A DNA stretch of 64,000 nt, taken from Myxococcota bacterium (GTDB taxonomy: Bacteria; Myxococcota_A; UBA9160; UBA4427). Of this stretch, positions 40,417 through 54,444 are shown in pieces. Positions within the stretch are counted from its first letter, which is position 1. Each line of letters starts with the position of its first letter. Under the pieces are notes generated by a model that saw nothing but the letters and a program-made list of their open reading frames with translations, did not search any database and had not been told where the DNA came from. The DNA lies in NCBI GenBank assembly GCA_965250285.1, contig OZ252299.1, positions 1,312,001 to 1,376,000 of the forward strand, given 5' to 3'. The position numbers and the translations under genes were made by a program.

Positions 40417-42210
40417 GTGATCGAACGACTGCACATCCGCGATCTGGCGATCGTCGAGGACGCACAGCTCGAGTTCGGGCCCGGCCTCAACGTGTTGACC
40501 GGCGAGACCGGCGCAGGCAAGTCGATCGTGCTCGGTGCGCTCGGCCTGCTCGTCGGGCGGCGTGCGGCGGCCGGCACGGTCCGAGACGGGGCGAAAGAGG
40601 CCTCGGTCGAGGCGATCTTCCGGACCGATCTGCTGCCCGATCTCGAGCGTGAGCTCGGCACGCGGGGCTTCGTCTCGGCCCGCGCGGCCCAAGAGGCTGA
40701 CACGGGGCCCGCTTCGGGCGACGGAGTCGGGCGAGCGGGTCCCGCAGAAGAGGCCGAAGACGCGGCCGCGCACGAGCTGGTGGTGCGGCGTACGATCGCC
40801 GCGGCTGGCCGCAGCCGCGCGCGCGTGGCCGGCGAGCTCGTCCCGGTCTCGACCCTGGCCGAGCTGTTCGACGGGCGCGTCGAGATCTCGAGCCAGCATT
40901 CGAGTCAGGCGCTGCTCCGTCCCGAATCACATGCGCGCTATCTCGATGCGGCCGGCGGCCTCGGCGATGTCGTGGTCGACGTCGGGCAACACTACGGTGT
41001 GGTCCGCGGGCTCGATGCCGAGCGGGCCGAGCTCGAAGCGGCCGCCGAGGAGCGCGCGCGCCGGCTCGACTTCTTGCGCTTCCAGCTGAACGAGATCGAC
41101 GACGTCGGCCTGGCCGAGGGCGAGCTCGAAGAGCTCGACCGCGAGCACGCGCGGTTGGCGCATGCCGAGGGGCTGCACGGCGATGCGGCGGCGGCGGCGC
41201 GTGCGCTCGCGGGAGACGACGCCGGCGACGGGGGCGCGGCCGATGCCATCGCGCGGGCCGAGCGCTTCGTCGAAGCGATGTCGGCGCTCGACGCGAGCGT
41301 CACGCCGCAGCTCGAGCGGGTGCGCGCGCTCGAGGCCGAGCTGCGCGACCTCGCGAGCGATCTCGAGCGCTACGCCGACGGCATCGAGAGCGACCCCGCT
41401 GCCCTGGCCCGACTCGAAGAGCGCATTCAGCAGGTCGAGCGGCTGCGTCGCAAGTACGGCCGGAGCGAGGCCGACATCCTCGGCTTCCGCGCGCAGGTCG
41501 AAGGCGAGCTCGGGGACGTCGAGGGCGCCGACGATCGCCTCGCGCAGATCGCCGACGAACGCGCGAGCGTCGTCGACGCGCTCGCGAAGGCGGCGGCGAA
41601 GCTGACGCGGGGCCGAAGGAAGGCCGCCAAGATGCTGGCGAAGCGTGCACAGACGACGCTCGCCGAACTCGACATGCCGAAGGCCCGCTTCGAGGTCGCG
41701 CTCGAGGCGATCGCGAACCTGCAGCAGCTGCCCGACGGCGTGTCGGCGGGGCCGACCGGGGCCGAGGCGCCCGAGTTCCGGTTCAGCGCCAACGAAGGCG
41801 AAGCGCCGCGGTCGTTGCAGAAGGTCGCATCGGGCGGCGAGCTCTCGCGCGTGTTCCTGGCGATCAAGAATGCCCTGCGGCCGTGGGGCGCGAACATGGT
41901 GCTCGTGTTCGACGAGGTCGACGCGGGCATCGGTGGCCGTGCAGCGGAGCGGGTGGGGCGGGTCCTCGCCGAGCTGGCGACCGAGCACCAGGTGCTTTGC
42001 ATCACGCATCTGCCGCAGATCGCCGCGTTTGCGACGACGCACTTTCGTGTCCAGAAGGAGAGCGCCCGCGGTCGCACGCGCACCGTGCTCGAAGCCGTCG
42101 AAGGCGACGAACGCGTCGACGAGATCGCGCGCATGGCCGGCGGCGCCGAGGTGAGCGACGCCACCCGCGCGCACGCCCGGTCGCTGATCGAGGCCGCCCG
42201 ACCGCGCTGA
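40417..42210 (+). CDS. recN: DNA repair protein RecN
   Basis: LTGETGAGKS; ASGGELSR; FDEVDAGIGG; ITHLPQIA. Confidence 0.96.
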   Translation: MIERLHIRDLAIVEDAQLEFGPGLNVLTGETGAGKSIVLGALGLLVGRRAAAGTVRDGAKEASVEAIFRTDLLPDLERELGTRGFVSARAAQEADTGPASGDGVGRAGPAEEAEDAAAHELVVRRTIAAAGRSRARVAGELVPVSTLAELFDGRVEISSQHSSQALLRPESHARYLDAAGGLGDVVVDVGQHYGVVRGLDAERAELEAAAEERARRLDFLRFQLNEIDDVGLAEGELEELDREHARLAHAEGLHGDAAAAARALAGDDAGDGGAADAIARAERFVEAMSALDASVTPQLERVRALEAELRDLASDLERYADGIESDPAALARLEERIQQVERLRRKYGRSEADILGFRAQVEGELGDVEGADDRLAQIADERASVVDALAKAAAKLTRGRRKAAKMLAKRAQTTLAELDMPKARFEVALEAIANLQQLPDGVSAGPTGAEAPEFRFSANEGEAPRSLQKVASGGELSRVFLAIKNALRPWGANMVLVFDEVDAGIGGRAAERVGRVLAELATEHQVLCITHLPQIAAFATTHFRVQKESARGRTRTVLEAVEGDERVDEIARMAGGAEVSDATRAHARSLIEAARPR

Positions 42211-42527
42211 CGCGCCGCGACCATGAAGGTCGGCCCGGGGCGGCACAGGCCGCTGGGGCTCTGGCCTCCTTCGCTGCAGTGCCCCCCGGCGCACAGCAGA
42301 TGCCCGCCCCACGATCCATGCCCCGCCGGCGCTATCCCCGAGGGGATTTCGCGCTTGCTCCGATTCGGCGGCGCGCGCGCCGGTCTGCTCGTCCCTTGCC
42401 GGGCGGAGAATCTCCGCTGCACATGGAGTTCAAGGCGCTTCACGTCCACGCCGATGAGTTCGGCAGCGGCGGACGTCCGGCGGCAGTCGAGCAGCGTCTT
42501 CCTGTCACTGTGGGGAGCGGGAGAACG

Positions 42528-42881
42528 ATGGGAGAGACGGCGGCCGGCACGCAGGGCGCCCCGCAGCCGCGCCTCGATGTGCCGAGGGGAGGCTCGGTGC
42601 TGATCCGGACCGGCTTCTATGAGGGCTTCGAGATGCCCCTCGACCGCGAGTGGTTCGTGATCGGCCGCGGGCGCAGCGCCGACATGGTGGTGGCCGAGGC
42701 GACGATCAGTCGGGCGCACGCGGCCATCGGGTACGACGACACCGGCTTCTATGTCGAGGATCTCGGCAGCACGAACGGGACGCTGGTGAATGGAGCGCGC
42801 GTCGAGCGTCAGCCGCTCAAGCAGGGCGATCAGATTCAGATCGGCCGGCTCGTGGTGGAGGTGACCCTGCCCGGGGCCTGA
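42528..42881 (+). CDS. Stand-alone FHA-domain protein
   Basis: IGR; ISRAHA; DLGSTNGTLVNG. Confidence 0.88.
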   Translation: MGETAAGTQGAPQPRLDVPRGGSVLIRTGFYEGFEMPLDREWFVIGRGRSADMVVAEATISRAHAAIGYDDTGFYVEDLGSTNGTLVNGARVERQPLKQGDQIQIGRLVVEVTLPGA

Positions 42882-42913
42882 GGGGGCCCGGCGCAGCGGA
42901 TTCGGGAGAGGGG

Positions 42914-43936
42914 ATGGACCACTACACGCTGATTTTCGTGTCGGACGAGCGATCGCCGGTCAAGCGATTCCAGATCCCGCGCTACTTCGTCAAGCGCGCG
43001 ATCTATGGCGCCGCGGCGGCGGCCTTCGTCTGCCTGCTCGCCAGCTGGGACTATTGGCGCGTGCGCTCCGACAACGCCGAGCTCCAGACGCTGCGCGTCG
43101 AAGCGGCGGAGCAGCGCGAACAGATCCGGCGCTTCGAGTCGACGCTCGCGACGGCGCAGGTCGAGCTCGAACGCGTGCGCGAGCTCGAACGCAAGGTGCG
43201 CATCATCGCCAACCTGCCCGGTGCTGCGAGCATCGGCGGGGAGGGCGTCAGCGAGATCACCACGATGCCCGAGTCGCACGAGGGGCAACCGATCCTGCCG
43301 GTCGGCGTCCCCGTCGATCCGAACGCACCGGTGCCCACCGGTCAGGGCGGCGGCGCGCTGCCGAACGATGCCCTGTCGGTCCTCGACGACGCCGCGCTGC
43401 GCGACCGCGCGCTGTCGAGCGAAGGCGCGCAGCGCGTGCACCGACTCGGTGAAGTGGCGTCGACCATCGAGTCGATCGCCTCGGTGCGCGGCATCAGCCT
43501 CGACGAGCTGATGGTTCAGCTCGAGGACAAGCGCGTGCGCCTCGACAGCATGCCGAGCGTCTGGCCTGCGAAGGGGTGGCTCACGTCGCGCTTCGGTCCT
43601 CGGGTTTCACCCTTTACAGGCCGCGCCCAGCATCACGCGGGCATCGACATCGCGGCGGCCAAGGGCACGCCCATTCACGCGCCGGCCAGCGGCCGCGTCG
43701 CCTACGTCGGCCGCAAGGGACCGCTCGGCAACGCGCTCGTGATCGACCACGGCTTCGGCGTGCGCACGTTCTACGGCCACAACGACAAGATCCACGTGAA
43801 GGTCGGGCAGACGGTCGAGCGCGGCGAGCGGGTCGCCGACATCGGCAACAGCGGCCGCAGCACCGGCCCGCACCTGCACTACGTCGTCGAGGTGAATGGC
43901 AAGCCCAAGGATCCCCTCGACTACATCTTCGACTGA
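42914..43936 (+). CDS. M23 family peptidoglycan metallopeptidase
   Basis: TM + coiled coil; HAGIDI; YGHN; GRSTGPHLHY. Confidence 0.92.
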   Translation: MDHYTLIFVSDERSPVKRFQIPRYFVKRAIYGAAAAAFVCLLASWDYWRVRSDNAELQTLRVEAAEQREQIRRFESTLATAQVELERVRELERKVRIIANLPGAASIGGEGVSEITTMPESHEGQPILPVGVPVDPNAPVPTGQGGGALPNDALSVLDDAALRDRALSSEGAQRVHRLGEVASTIESIASVRGISLDELMVQLEDKRVRLDSMPSVWPAKGWLTSRFGPRVSPFTGRAQHHAGIDIAAAKGTPIHAPASGRVAYVGRKGPLGNALVIDHGFGVRTFYGHNDKIHVKVGQTVERGERVADIGNSGRSTGPHLHYVVEVNGKPKDPLDYIFD

Positions 43937-44278
43937 CGTCGACGAGTAGAGGCCGCGCACGAGCGCGCGCCGCGTACTCGGCGCACTCGAGCGGACGCCC
44001 TCGAACGTCTCTGCGCCGAACGGCGCACGCACAGCTTCTCCCCGCGGTCGGCGCACGCGCTGCGTCGGCCTGGGTGCGAGCGGGCCCGGCAGCCAGGCGG
44101 GCACCACGGAAGCCGGAGCGGCATCGAAACCCGCGCTTCCCCGAATCTCCCCCCCTTCGACGCCGAGTCTTCGGCGCTGCATTGGGCAGTGCGGTTGATT
44201 CGGCCTGCACCGCGCCGAGGATTGCGGCTAGAATCCGCCTCTCCGCGCCTCATCCCCTCGGGAGCCAGCCCGCCGGCC

Positions 44279-47050
<2,772 letters not shown>

Positions 47051-47113
47051 CGACCCGCTCTGAAATCGTCGGCCCGGCGCGCCGTGCGCGCCCCTTTGTC
47101 CGACCCCGGCGGG

Positions 47114-47124
47114 TGTGGTATCAA
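47114..47124 (+). promoter_or_regulatory. Extended -10 promoter of rpsB
   Basis: TGTGGTATCAA resembles the conserved TGTGGTATAA rpsB promoter. Confidence 0.6.
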
Positions 47125-47134
47125 ACCGCGACTT

Positions 47135-47268
47135 CACACGCCGCGCGCCGCCCCTGCGGTGCTCGCCTCGTGTGCCGATCCAGCCAAAACTGCTTCGAAA
47201 CCGAAGGGTTTTGCGCGATCGGCCGAAGGCGGGTTGGGGATCGACGGACGCTCGGCGGAGGCCCAACC
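47135..47268 (+). ncRNA. rpsB 5' leader (t44/S2 autoregulatory RNA-like)
   Basis: CACACG start; internal GGTGC; GGAGGCCCAACC end; 5' CGCCG pairs with 3' CGGCG. Confidence 0.6.
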
Positions 47269-47285
47269 GCGAAGGAGAGCAAGTC

Positions 47286-48347
47286 ATGTCCGAGACGACG
47301 GTCACGCCGTCGGGCGGCGCCGATGCGGCCGCCGACCCCAACCCCGCCACCGATGCCGCCGAGGCCTCGCAGACCGCCCAGGCCTTCGAGAAGACCACCG
47401 TCGACATCCCCGCGCTGCTCGAAGCCGGTGTCCACTTCGGTCACCAGGCGAGCCGCTGGGATCCGCGGATGCGCCACTACATCTTCGGCGTTCGCAACGG
47501 CACCCACATCATCGATCTCGATCAGACGCTGCCGCTCTTTCAGGCCGCCCTCGACGAGATTCGCGAGATCGTCGCGGAGGGCGGCAAGGTGCTCTTCGTC
47601 GGCACCAAGCGGCAGGCTGCGCCGAGCATCATGAGTGAGGCCGAGCGCGCCCGGCAGTACTACGTCAACAACCGCTGGCTGGGCGGCATGCTGACGAACT
47701 GGAAGACGGTCAAGAAGTCGATCGAGTCCTACAAGGGGCTGCTCGAGATCGAGGCCGCCGAGGACAAGAACGAGCAGTACTCCAAGAAGGAGCTCGCTCG
47801 TTTCCGGCGCCAGATCGAGAAGTACGAGAAGTCGCTCGCCGGTATTCGCGAGATGGGTCGCCTGCCCGACGCGATCTTCATCATCGACGTCGGCAAGGAG
47901 GACATCGCGGTCACCGAGGCGAAGCGCCTCGGGATCCCGATCTTCGCCGTCGTCGACTCGAACTGCAATCCGAACGAGATCGACTACCCGATCCCGGGCA
48001 ACGACGATGCGTTGCGCGCGATCGCGCTCTACTGCGCGGCCGTGGCCGACGCCTGCATCGAGGGCAACGAGCAGCACCAGGCGAAGCTGCGCGATTCGAA
48101 GACCCAGGAGCCCGCGCGCGAAGAGAAGAAGTCGCAGCAGGGACGCCGGGTCGTCGAGATCAAGCAGCAGCCGCGGCGCAGTCGCGGTGGCCAGGGGGGT
48201 CGCGACGGCGGCCAGGGTGGCAGCGGTCGCACCTTCAGCGCCGGCAAGCCCGAAGCCGAGGACGCGCCGGCGGCACCGGCCGCGCCGAGCGGCGACGCGC
48301 CGAAGCCCGAGGGCGACGCGCCGAAGCCCGAGGGCGACGCGAGCTGA
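47286..48347 (+). CDS. rpsB: 30S ribosomal protein S2
   Basis: [28 protein letters not shown]; long N- and C-terminal extensions. Confidence 0.97.
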   Translation: MSETTVTPSGGADAAADPNPATDAAEASQTAQAFEKTTVDIPALLEAGVHFGHQASRWDPRMRHYIFGVRNGTHIIDLDQTLPLFQAALDEIREIVAEGGKVLFVGTKRQAAPSIMSEAERARQYYVNNRWLGGMLTNWKTVKKSIESYKGLLEIEAAEDKNEQYSKKELARFRRQIEKYEKSLAGIREMGRLPDAIFIIDVGKEDIAVTEAKRLGIPIFAVVDSNCNPNEIDYPIPGNDDALRAIALYCAAVADACIEGNEQHQAKLRDSKTQEPAREEKKSQQGRRVVEIKQQPRRSRGGQGGRDGGQGGSGRTFSAGKPEAEDAPAAPAAPSGDAPKPEGDAPKPEGDAS

Positions 48348-48481
48348 GAGATCCGGCCCGCCTGCCCGCGGGCCCCGTTGGCGCCTCGGCTCGCCCCGCC
48401 CGATCGGCGGGCGCCCAGCCGGGGCCACCAAAGCGAACACACAGCCAGGAGCCGAAGCGAAGGCTCCGAGGGAGAAGCGAG

Positions 48482-49327
48482 TTGGCTGGCATCAGTGCGA
48501 AGGATGTGAAGGCCCTGCGCGACCAGAGCGGCGCGGGCATGATGGATTGCAAAAAGGCCCTGTCCGACGCCGACGGTGACGTCGACAAGGCCCAGGAGCT
48601 GCTGCGCGAACGCGGCCTCGCGAAGGCGGGCAAGCGCGCGGGCCGCGCCACGAGCGAAGGTTCGGTCGGTTTCTCGATCGAAGGCGGCAACGGCACGATG
48701 GTCGAGATCGGCTGCGAGACCGACTTCGTGGCGCGCAACGAGAAGTTCCAGGCGCTCGTGCAGAAGATCGCCGACGCCATCGCCGCCGCCGGTGCGGGCG
48801 ACAGCGTCGAGAAGGCGCTGCAGGCGCCGGTCGACGGCACGACCATCGAAGAGCTGCTCGCCCAGAACGTGGGCGTGATCGGCGAGAACATGGAGCTCAA
48901 GCGCGTGGCGCAGCTCTCGGTCGACGGCGTCGTGAGCGGCTACATCCACGGCGGCGGCTCACTCGGCGTGCTCGTCGCGATCGAGACGGGCAACCCGGGT
49001 GCGTTCGGTGACGTCGCTCGCGACGTGGCGATGCACGTGGCCGCGGCCGACCCGACGCCCCTGGCGGTCTCGCGGGACGAGATCGACCCCGCGGTGGTCG
49101 CCAAGGAAGAGGAGTTCCTCAAGAAGGAGGCGCTCGCCTCGGGCAAGCCCGAGAACATCGTCGACAACATGGTGAAGGGCCGCATGAACAAGTTCTTCGT
49201 CGAGCATGCGCTCGTCGATCAGCCCTTCGTCAAGGACCCAGACAAGAAGGTCGGGGCCATCGTGAGCGAGGTCGGGGACGGCACGCTCAAGGCCTTCGCA
49301 CGCTTCAAGCTGGGAGAGGCCGCCTGA
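48482..49327 (+). CDS. tsf: Elongation factor Ts
   Basis: [29 protein letters not shown] start. Confidence 0.97.
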   Translation: MAGISAKDVKALRDQSGAGMMDCKKALSDADGDVDKAQELLRERGLAKAGKRAGRATSEGSVGFSIEGGNGTMVEIGCETDFVARNEKFQALVQKIADAIAAAGAGDSVEKALQAPVDGTTIEELLAQNVGVIGENMELKRVAQLSVDGVVSGYIHGGGSLGVLVAIETGNPGAFGDVARDVAMHVAAADPTPLAVSRDEIDPAVVAKEEEFLKKEALASGKPENIVDNMVKGRMNKFFVEHALVDQPFVKDPDKKVGAIVSEVGDGTLKAFARFKLGEAA

Positions 49328-49329
49328 CA

Positions 49330-50049
49330 GTGGAGCCCGCCTACAAGCGCTTGCTGATCAAGCTGTCGGGCGAGGGGCTCGCCGGCGAGGACGGCTCCGG
49401 CATCAACCCGGCGGTGATCGGCGGCGTGGCGGAGCAGCTGCGCGAGGTGCACGACCTCGGGGCCGAGATCTCGATCGTGATCGGGGGCGGCAACATCATC
49501 CGCGGCATGACGGCGGCGAACCAGGGCATGGATCGCGCCAACGCCGACTACATGGGCATGCTCGCGAGCGTGATCAACGCGATGGCGCTGCAGGATGCGC
49601 TGGAGCATGTCGGGTTGCAGACCCGGGTGCTGTCGGCGCTCGACACGAAGCAGGTCGCCGAGCCCTACATCCGGCGACGCGCGGTGCGGCACCTCGAGAA
49701 GGGGCGTGTCGTGATCTTCGGCGGCGGCACCGGCAACCCCTACTTCACCACCGACACGGCGGCGGCGCTGCGCGCGGCCGAGATTCACGCCGACGTGATC
49801 CTGAAGGCGACGCAGGTCGATGGCGTCTACGACGCCGACCCGCACAAGGATCCGAATGCGACGCGCTACGAGCGGCTGAGCTACGACGAAGCCATGCGAA
49901 AGAACCTGCAGTTCATGGATCAGGCAGCCATCGCCCTCAGTCGCGAGAACTCGCTGCCGATCGTAGTGTTCGACATGAGCGTGTCGGACAACATCCGCAA
50001 GGTCGTCCTCGGCGAGACCGTGGGGACGACCGTGACGGTCGACGGCTGA
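49330..50049 (+). CDS. pyrH: UMP kinase
   Basis: [27 protein letters not shown]. Confidence 0.97.
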   Translation: MEPAYKRLLIKLSGEGLAGEDGSGINPAVIGGVAEQLREVHDLGAEISIVIGGGNIIRGMTAANQGMDRANADYMGMLASVINAMALQDALEHVGLQTRVLSALDTKQVAEPYIRRRAVRHLEKGRVVIFGGGTGNPYFTTDTAAALRAAEIHADVILKATQVDGVYDADPHKDPNATRYERLSYDEAMRKNLQFMDQAAIALSRENSLPIVVFDMSVSDNIRKVVLGETVGTTVTVDG

Positions 50050-50124
50050 CGCGGGCTTCGGCCTTCGGTCGACACGGGTGTGTCGGGCGCGGGCGGATGC
50101 GCCACGAGTTCAGTGGGGGACGAG

Positions 50125-50697
50125 ATGGCCGGCGAAGAAGAAGTCCAGATGGTGCTCGACGATGCGCGCGAGGCGATGGACAAGTCGATCGAGCGCTACA
50201 AGCGCGAGCTCTTGAAGGTGCGAACCGGGCGGGCGAACCCGGCGCTCCTCGACGGCATCACCGTCGACTACTTCGACACGCCGACACCGCTCAAGCAGCT
50301 GGCTTCGCTCTCGGTGCCCGATCCGCGCATGATCGTCATCTCGCCCTTCGACAAGACCGCGATCTCGAACATCGAGAAGGCGATTCAGACGAGCGACCTC
50401 GGCGTGACGCCGACCAATGACGGCAAGGTCGTTCGTATCTCGGTGCCGCCGCTCACTGAAGAGCGCCGCAAGCAGCTGGTCAAGCAGGTCAAGAAGACGG
50501 CCGAAGAGCACCGGGTATCGGTTCGAGACGCCCGTCGCGACGCCGTGTCGATGCTCAAGGATCTCGAGTCGGACGGGACGCTTCCCAAGGACGATCGCCA
50601 TCGCGCCGACAAGTCGGTTCAGGATCTGACCGACGAGTACGTGGGCAGGATCGACGAGCTCACGAGCGCGAAGGAGACCGAGGTCCTCGAGGTCTGA
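50125..50697 (+). CDS. frr: Ribosome recycling factor
   Basis: RTGRANP; PPLTEERRK. Confidence 0.97.
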   Translation: MAGEEEVQMVLDDAREAMDKSIERYKRELLKVRTGRANPALLDGITVDYFDTPTPLKQLASLSVPDPRMIVISPFDKTAISNIEKAIQTSDLGVTPTNDGKVVRISVPPLTEERRKQLVKQVKKTAEEHRVSVRDARRDAVSMLKDLESDGTLPKDDRHRADKSVQDLTDEYVGRIDELTSAKETEVLEV

Positions 50698-50699
50698 CG

Positions 50700-51488
50700 A
50701 TGGCTCACGAGGCCACCGACAAGCTGCCCGTCCCCCGCCACGTCGCCATCATCATGGATGGCAATGGGCGTTGGGCCGAGTCGCGCGGACGCGAACGCAA
50801 CGCGGGCCACCGCGAGGGCATCGAGAGCGTGCGCGACGTGCTGCGCGCGTCGAACGATCTCGGCATCGAGTACCTCACGCTCTACGCCTTCAGTCAGCAG
50901 AACTGGGATCGACCCCGTGACGAGGTCGCAGAGCTGATGCGGCTCCTCGAGGAATACCTCGAGACCGAGATCGACGAGGTCATGGAGAACGAGATCCGCA
51001 TTCGGTCGATGGGCCGAATGGACCGCCTGCCGCCGAGCACCCGGGCCGCAGTCGAAGATGCGATCGCGCGCACTGCCGATCACACCCGGCTCAACCTGAC
51101 GTTCGCGTTGTCGTACGGCGGACGCACCGAGATCGTCGACGCCGCTCGCAAGCTCGTGCGCGACTTCGAGGACGGCAAGGTCGACCCCGACGCCCTCGAC
51201 GAGAAGCAGTTCGCCTCGTATCTGTATGAGCCCGATCTCCCCGACCCCGATCTGCTGATCCGAACCGGCAACGAGATGCGGGTGTCGAATTTTCTGCTTT
51301 GGCAGATCGCGTACACCGAGATCTACACCACCGAGCTGATGTGGCCCGCGTTCCGGCGAGCGCACTTCGAAGAGGCGATCCGCGACTATCAGGCGCGAGA
51401 GCGGCGATTCGGCAAGACGAGCGCTCAGCTGGCCGACGCGACCCCCATGATCGAATCGCCCGAAGGAGGGCGCCGAGGGGGCGCCTGA
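50700..51488 (+). CDS. uppS: Undecaprenyl diphosphate synthase
   Basis: HVAIIMDGNGRWA; YGGRTEI; RVSNFLLWQIAY; RERRFG. Confidence 0.96.
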   Translation: MAHEATDKLPVPRHVAIIMDGNGRWAESRGRERNAGHREGIESVRDVLRASNDLGIEYLTLYAFSQQNWDRPRDEVAELMRLLEEYLETEIDEVMENEIRIRSMGRMDRLPPSTRAAVEDAIARTADHTRLNLTFALSYGGRTEIVDAARKLVRDFEDGKVDPDALDEKQFASYLYEPDLPDPDLLIRTGNEMRVSNFLLWQIAYTEIYTTELMWPAFRRAHFEEAIRDYQARERRFGKTSAQLADATPMIESPEGGRRGGA

Positions 51489-52681
51489 TGCGGCGCCTCT
51501 CGATCCTCGGCAGCACGGGCAGTATCGGCGTGCAGACGCTCGCCGTCGCCGCCGCCAACCCCGACCGCTTCGAAGTCGTCGCCCTCGCGGCGGGACAGAA
51601 CGTCGATCGCCTCGCCGAGCAGGTCGAGCGCTTCTCCCCCGACCTCGTCTCGGTCGCCGACGAAGCCGGGCGGGATCGGTTGCGCGCGCGCCTCGGCCGT
51701 GACGCACACATCGAGATCGGGCCGGCCGGGCTCGACGCCGTCGCAACGGCGCCGGCCGATCTGCTCGTCGCGGGGCTCGTCGGGGCCGTCGGCCTCGAGC
51801 CGACCCTGGCCGGAGTGCGCGCCGGTCGTGACGTCGCGCTCGCGAACAAAGAAGTCATGGTGATGGCGGGCGCCCTCGTGAACCGCGAGGTCGCGGCGCA
51901 CGGCGTGCGGCTGCTGCCTGTCGACAGCGAGCACAGCGCGATCTTCCAGGCCCTGGCCGGCCAGCGCATGGAGGACGTCGCGAAACTGATCCTCACGTGC
52001 TCGGGGGGGCCGTTCCGCACCTGGACCGCCGAGACGATGGCCCGGGCCACCGTCGATCAGGCGCTCGCGCACCCCAACTGGGACATGGGCGCGAAGATCA
52101 GCATCGACTCGGCGACGCTGATGAACAAGGGGCTCGAGGTGATCGAGGCACGCTGGCTCTTCGGCGTTCCGCCCGATCGCATCGACGTGGTCGTCCACCC
52201 GCAGTCGATCATCCACTCGCTCGTCGAGTATCGGGACACGTCGGTGATGGCCCAGCTCGGGCTGCCCGACATGCGTGTCCCGATTGCGGTGGCGCTGGCG
52301 CACCCCGAGCGCGTCGAGCTCGACGTGCCCCGGCTCGATCTCGCCACGGCGGGCCCGCTCGACTTCGAGGCCCCCGATCGCGAGCGCTTCCCGTGTCTCG
52401 ATCTGGCGTATCGGGCGCTCGAGGGCAGCGAAGAGGCGCCCGCCGTGCTGAACGCCGCCAACGAGGTCGCCGTCGAAGCGTTCCTGTCTGGGCTCATCCC
52501 ATTCGGGGCCATTGCCGATACGAATCGTGAGGTGCTTTCGCGGCATCTCGACGAGAGGGGCGGCGCGGTGGTGAGCGAGCTCGCCGAGGTGCGCGCCGCC
52601 GATGCATGGGCGCGGGCGGCGGCGCGAGACCGGCTGGGTCTCGACGCGTCACCCGGCCAACAGGAAGCGGCCGGGGCGTGA
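51488..52681 (+). CDS. dxr: 1-deoxy-D-xylulose 5-phosphate reductoisomerase
   Basis: ILGSTGSIG; LANKE; PVDSEHSA; HPNWDMGAKISIDSATLMNKGLE. Confidence 0.97.
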   Translation: MRRLSILGSTGSIGVQTLAVAAANPDRFEVVALAAGQNVDRLAEQVERFSPDLVSVADEAGRDRLRARLGRDAHIEIGPAGLDAVATAPADLLVAGLVGAVGLEPTLAGVRAGRDVALANKEVMVMAGALVNREVAAHGVRLLPVDSEHSAIFQALAGQRMEDVAKLILTCSGGPFRTWTAETMARATVDQALAHPNWDMGAKISIDSATLMNKGLEVIEARWLFGVPPDRIDVVVHPQSIIHSLVEYRDTSVMAQLGLPDMRVPIAVALAHPERVELDVPRLDLATAGPLDFEAPDRERFPCLDLAYRALEGSEEAPAVLNAANEVAVEAFLSGLIPFGAIADTNREVLSRHLDERGGAVVSELAEVRAADAWARAAARDRLGLDASPGQQEAAGA

Positions 52682-52739
52682 GGCCGATCCGACTTGTGAC
52701 GCGTGCGTCGATCGCACCGGACCGAGGAGCCGACTGAGC

Positions 52740-54434
52740 ATGGCGTTCATCGACACACTCGTCGCCGCGATTCCGCTGCTCGGCATCCTGATCTTCGTTC
52801 ACGAGTTCGGGCACTTCGTGGTCGCGAAGGCCTGCGGCGTCCGTGTGCTCAAGTTCTCGATCGGCTTCGGCGCGCCCATCGGGATCGGCGATCGCCGCCT
52901 GCGCTGGGAGCGCGGGGGCACCGAGTACGTCGTCGGCTGGATCCCGCTCGGCGGCTTCGTCCGGATGCTCGGCGAGGTGCTGCCCGGCGACGAAGAACAC
53001 ATCGACATCCCCGCCGATGCACGACCCGATGAGTTCCTCGACGCGAAGCCCGTCTGGCAGAAGCTCGCCATCTCGTTCGCCGGCCCGGCGATGAACCTCG
53101 TGTTCCCGGTCGTCGCGTTCATGATCCTGCTCTTCGCGGGGATCGAGCGCGAGGGCGCCGTCATCGGCATGGTCGAGCTGAACTCGCCGGCCGCCGAGGT
53201 GGGGCTCGAGCCCGGCGATCGGGTGGTCGAAGCCGCCGGCGAGCCGGTCGCCTACTGGGGCGAGCTGGCCGAAACGGTCGTCGACACCGACCAGACCGAA
53301 TTGCCGCTGGTCGTCGAGCGCGCTGGCGAACGCCTCTCGTTCATCGTGCCGGTGGGTCGAAAGGATCGCCTCGACGCGTTTGGCGAGTCGAACGACATCG
53401 GCTGGATCGGCGTCGGCTGGCGCCGGTTGCCCGCGCTGCTCGGCGTCGTCGATCTCGCATCGCCGGCCGCGGGCGCAGGCTTGCAGAGCGGAGACCAGGT
53501 CGTCGCCGTCGGCGACGCCGACGTCGAGGATTGGATCGGCCTCGAGCAGGCCTACGCCCGGGCGGGCGAGGGCGGCAGCGTGCCGATCACCGTGCTGCGA
53601 GGCGCGGTCGATGACGACGAGACGGAGAAGACGCGGATCACGCTCGAAGCGCCCGCGCTCGGCTCGCTCGACGCGCTCGGCGTCGTCACGGCCACGATCT
53701 TCGTCGGCGCCGTCACCGACGGCATGCCGGCCGCCGAAGCGGGCCTGCAGCGTGGCGATCTCGTGCTCGGCGTCGATGGCGAGCGGCTCGGTAGCTTCTC
53801 GTCGTTCGTCGACATCGTGCAGACGAGCGGCGGTCGCTCGCTGATGATCGACTACGCGCGCGACGGCGCTCTGCGCAGCACCGTCGTGAAGCCCGTCGAG
53901 CGCGAAGTGCCGCACCCGATGGACATCGCTGGGATGACCCAGACGTTCTATCAGGTGGGCATTCGTCATGCGCTCGCGACGCTGCCGGGCGACGCCACCG
54001 TCGAGCGCACGCTGAACCCGCTCGTCGCGTTCCCCCGAGCCGTCGAGATGACGGTGGCCGTGTCGACCCGCTATCTCGAGGCGCTCGGCAAACTCGTCAG
54101 CGGCGGGGTCGGTGCCGAGCAGCTCTCGGGCCCGATCGGAATCGCCGAGATCGCTCGCAAGAGCCTCGATCGGGGCTGGACGACGTATCTCTCGACGATG
54201 ATCTTCATCTCGATCAATCTCGCGTTCTTGAATCTGCTGCCGATCCCGATCCTCGACGGCGGGCAGATCCTGCTCTTCGCCGTCGAAGGCATCAAGCGTT
54301 CGCCGATCTCGGCGCGCACCCGCGAGGTGACGCAGCAGATCGGGTTTCTGGTGCTCGTCATGTTGATGGGGCTCGCCTTCTACAACGACCTGTCGCGGCA
54401 CTGGGCGCAGTTCGTGAAGTGGCTGAGCGCCTAG
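52740..54434 (+). CDS. rseP: RIP metalloprotease RseP with apparently three PDZ domains
   Basis: HEFGH; AGPAMN; NLLPIPILDGG; three 'AA.(A/V)GL..GD' PDZ segments. Confidence 0.95.
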   Translation: MAFIDTLVAAIPLLGILIFVHEFGHFVVAKACGVRVLKFSIGFGAPIGIGDRRLRWERGGTEYVVGWIPLGGFVRMLGEVLPGDEEHIDIPADARPDEFLDAKPVWQKLAISFAGPAMNLVFPVVAFMILLFAGIEREGAVIGMVELNSPAAEVGLEPGDRVVEAAGEPVAYWGELAETVVDTDQTELPLVVERAGERLSFIVPVGRKDRLDAFGESNDIGWIGVGWRRLPALLGVVDLASPAAGAGLQSGDQVVAVGDADVEDWIGLEQAYARAGEGGSVPITVLRGAVDDDETEKTRITLEAPALGSLDALGVVTATIFVGAVTDGMPAAEAGLQRGDLVLGVDGERLGSFSSFVDIVQTSGGRSLMIDYARDGALRSTVVKPVEREVPHPMDIAGMTQTFYQVGIRHALATLPGDATVERTLNPLVAFPRAVEMTVAVSTRYLEALGKLVSGGVGAEQLSGPIGIAEIARKSLDRGWTTYLSTMIFISINLAFLNLLPIPILDGGQILLFAVEGIKRSPISARTREVTQQIGFLVLVMLMGLAFYNDLSRHWAQFVKWLSA

Positions 54435-54444
54435 CCTCCACCCG

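Noticed and set aside
40675..40775. Insertion in RecN suspected to be an intein or extra domain
   Set aside because: Short low-complexity loop without intein motifs
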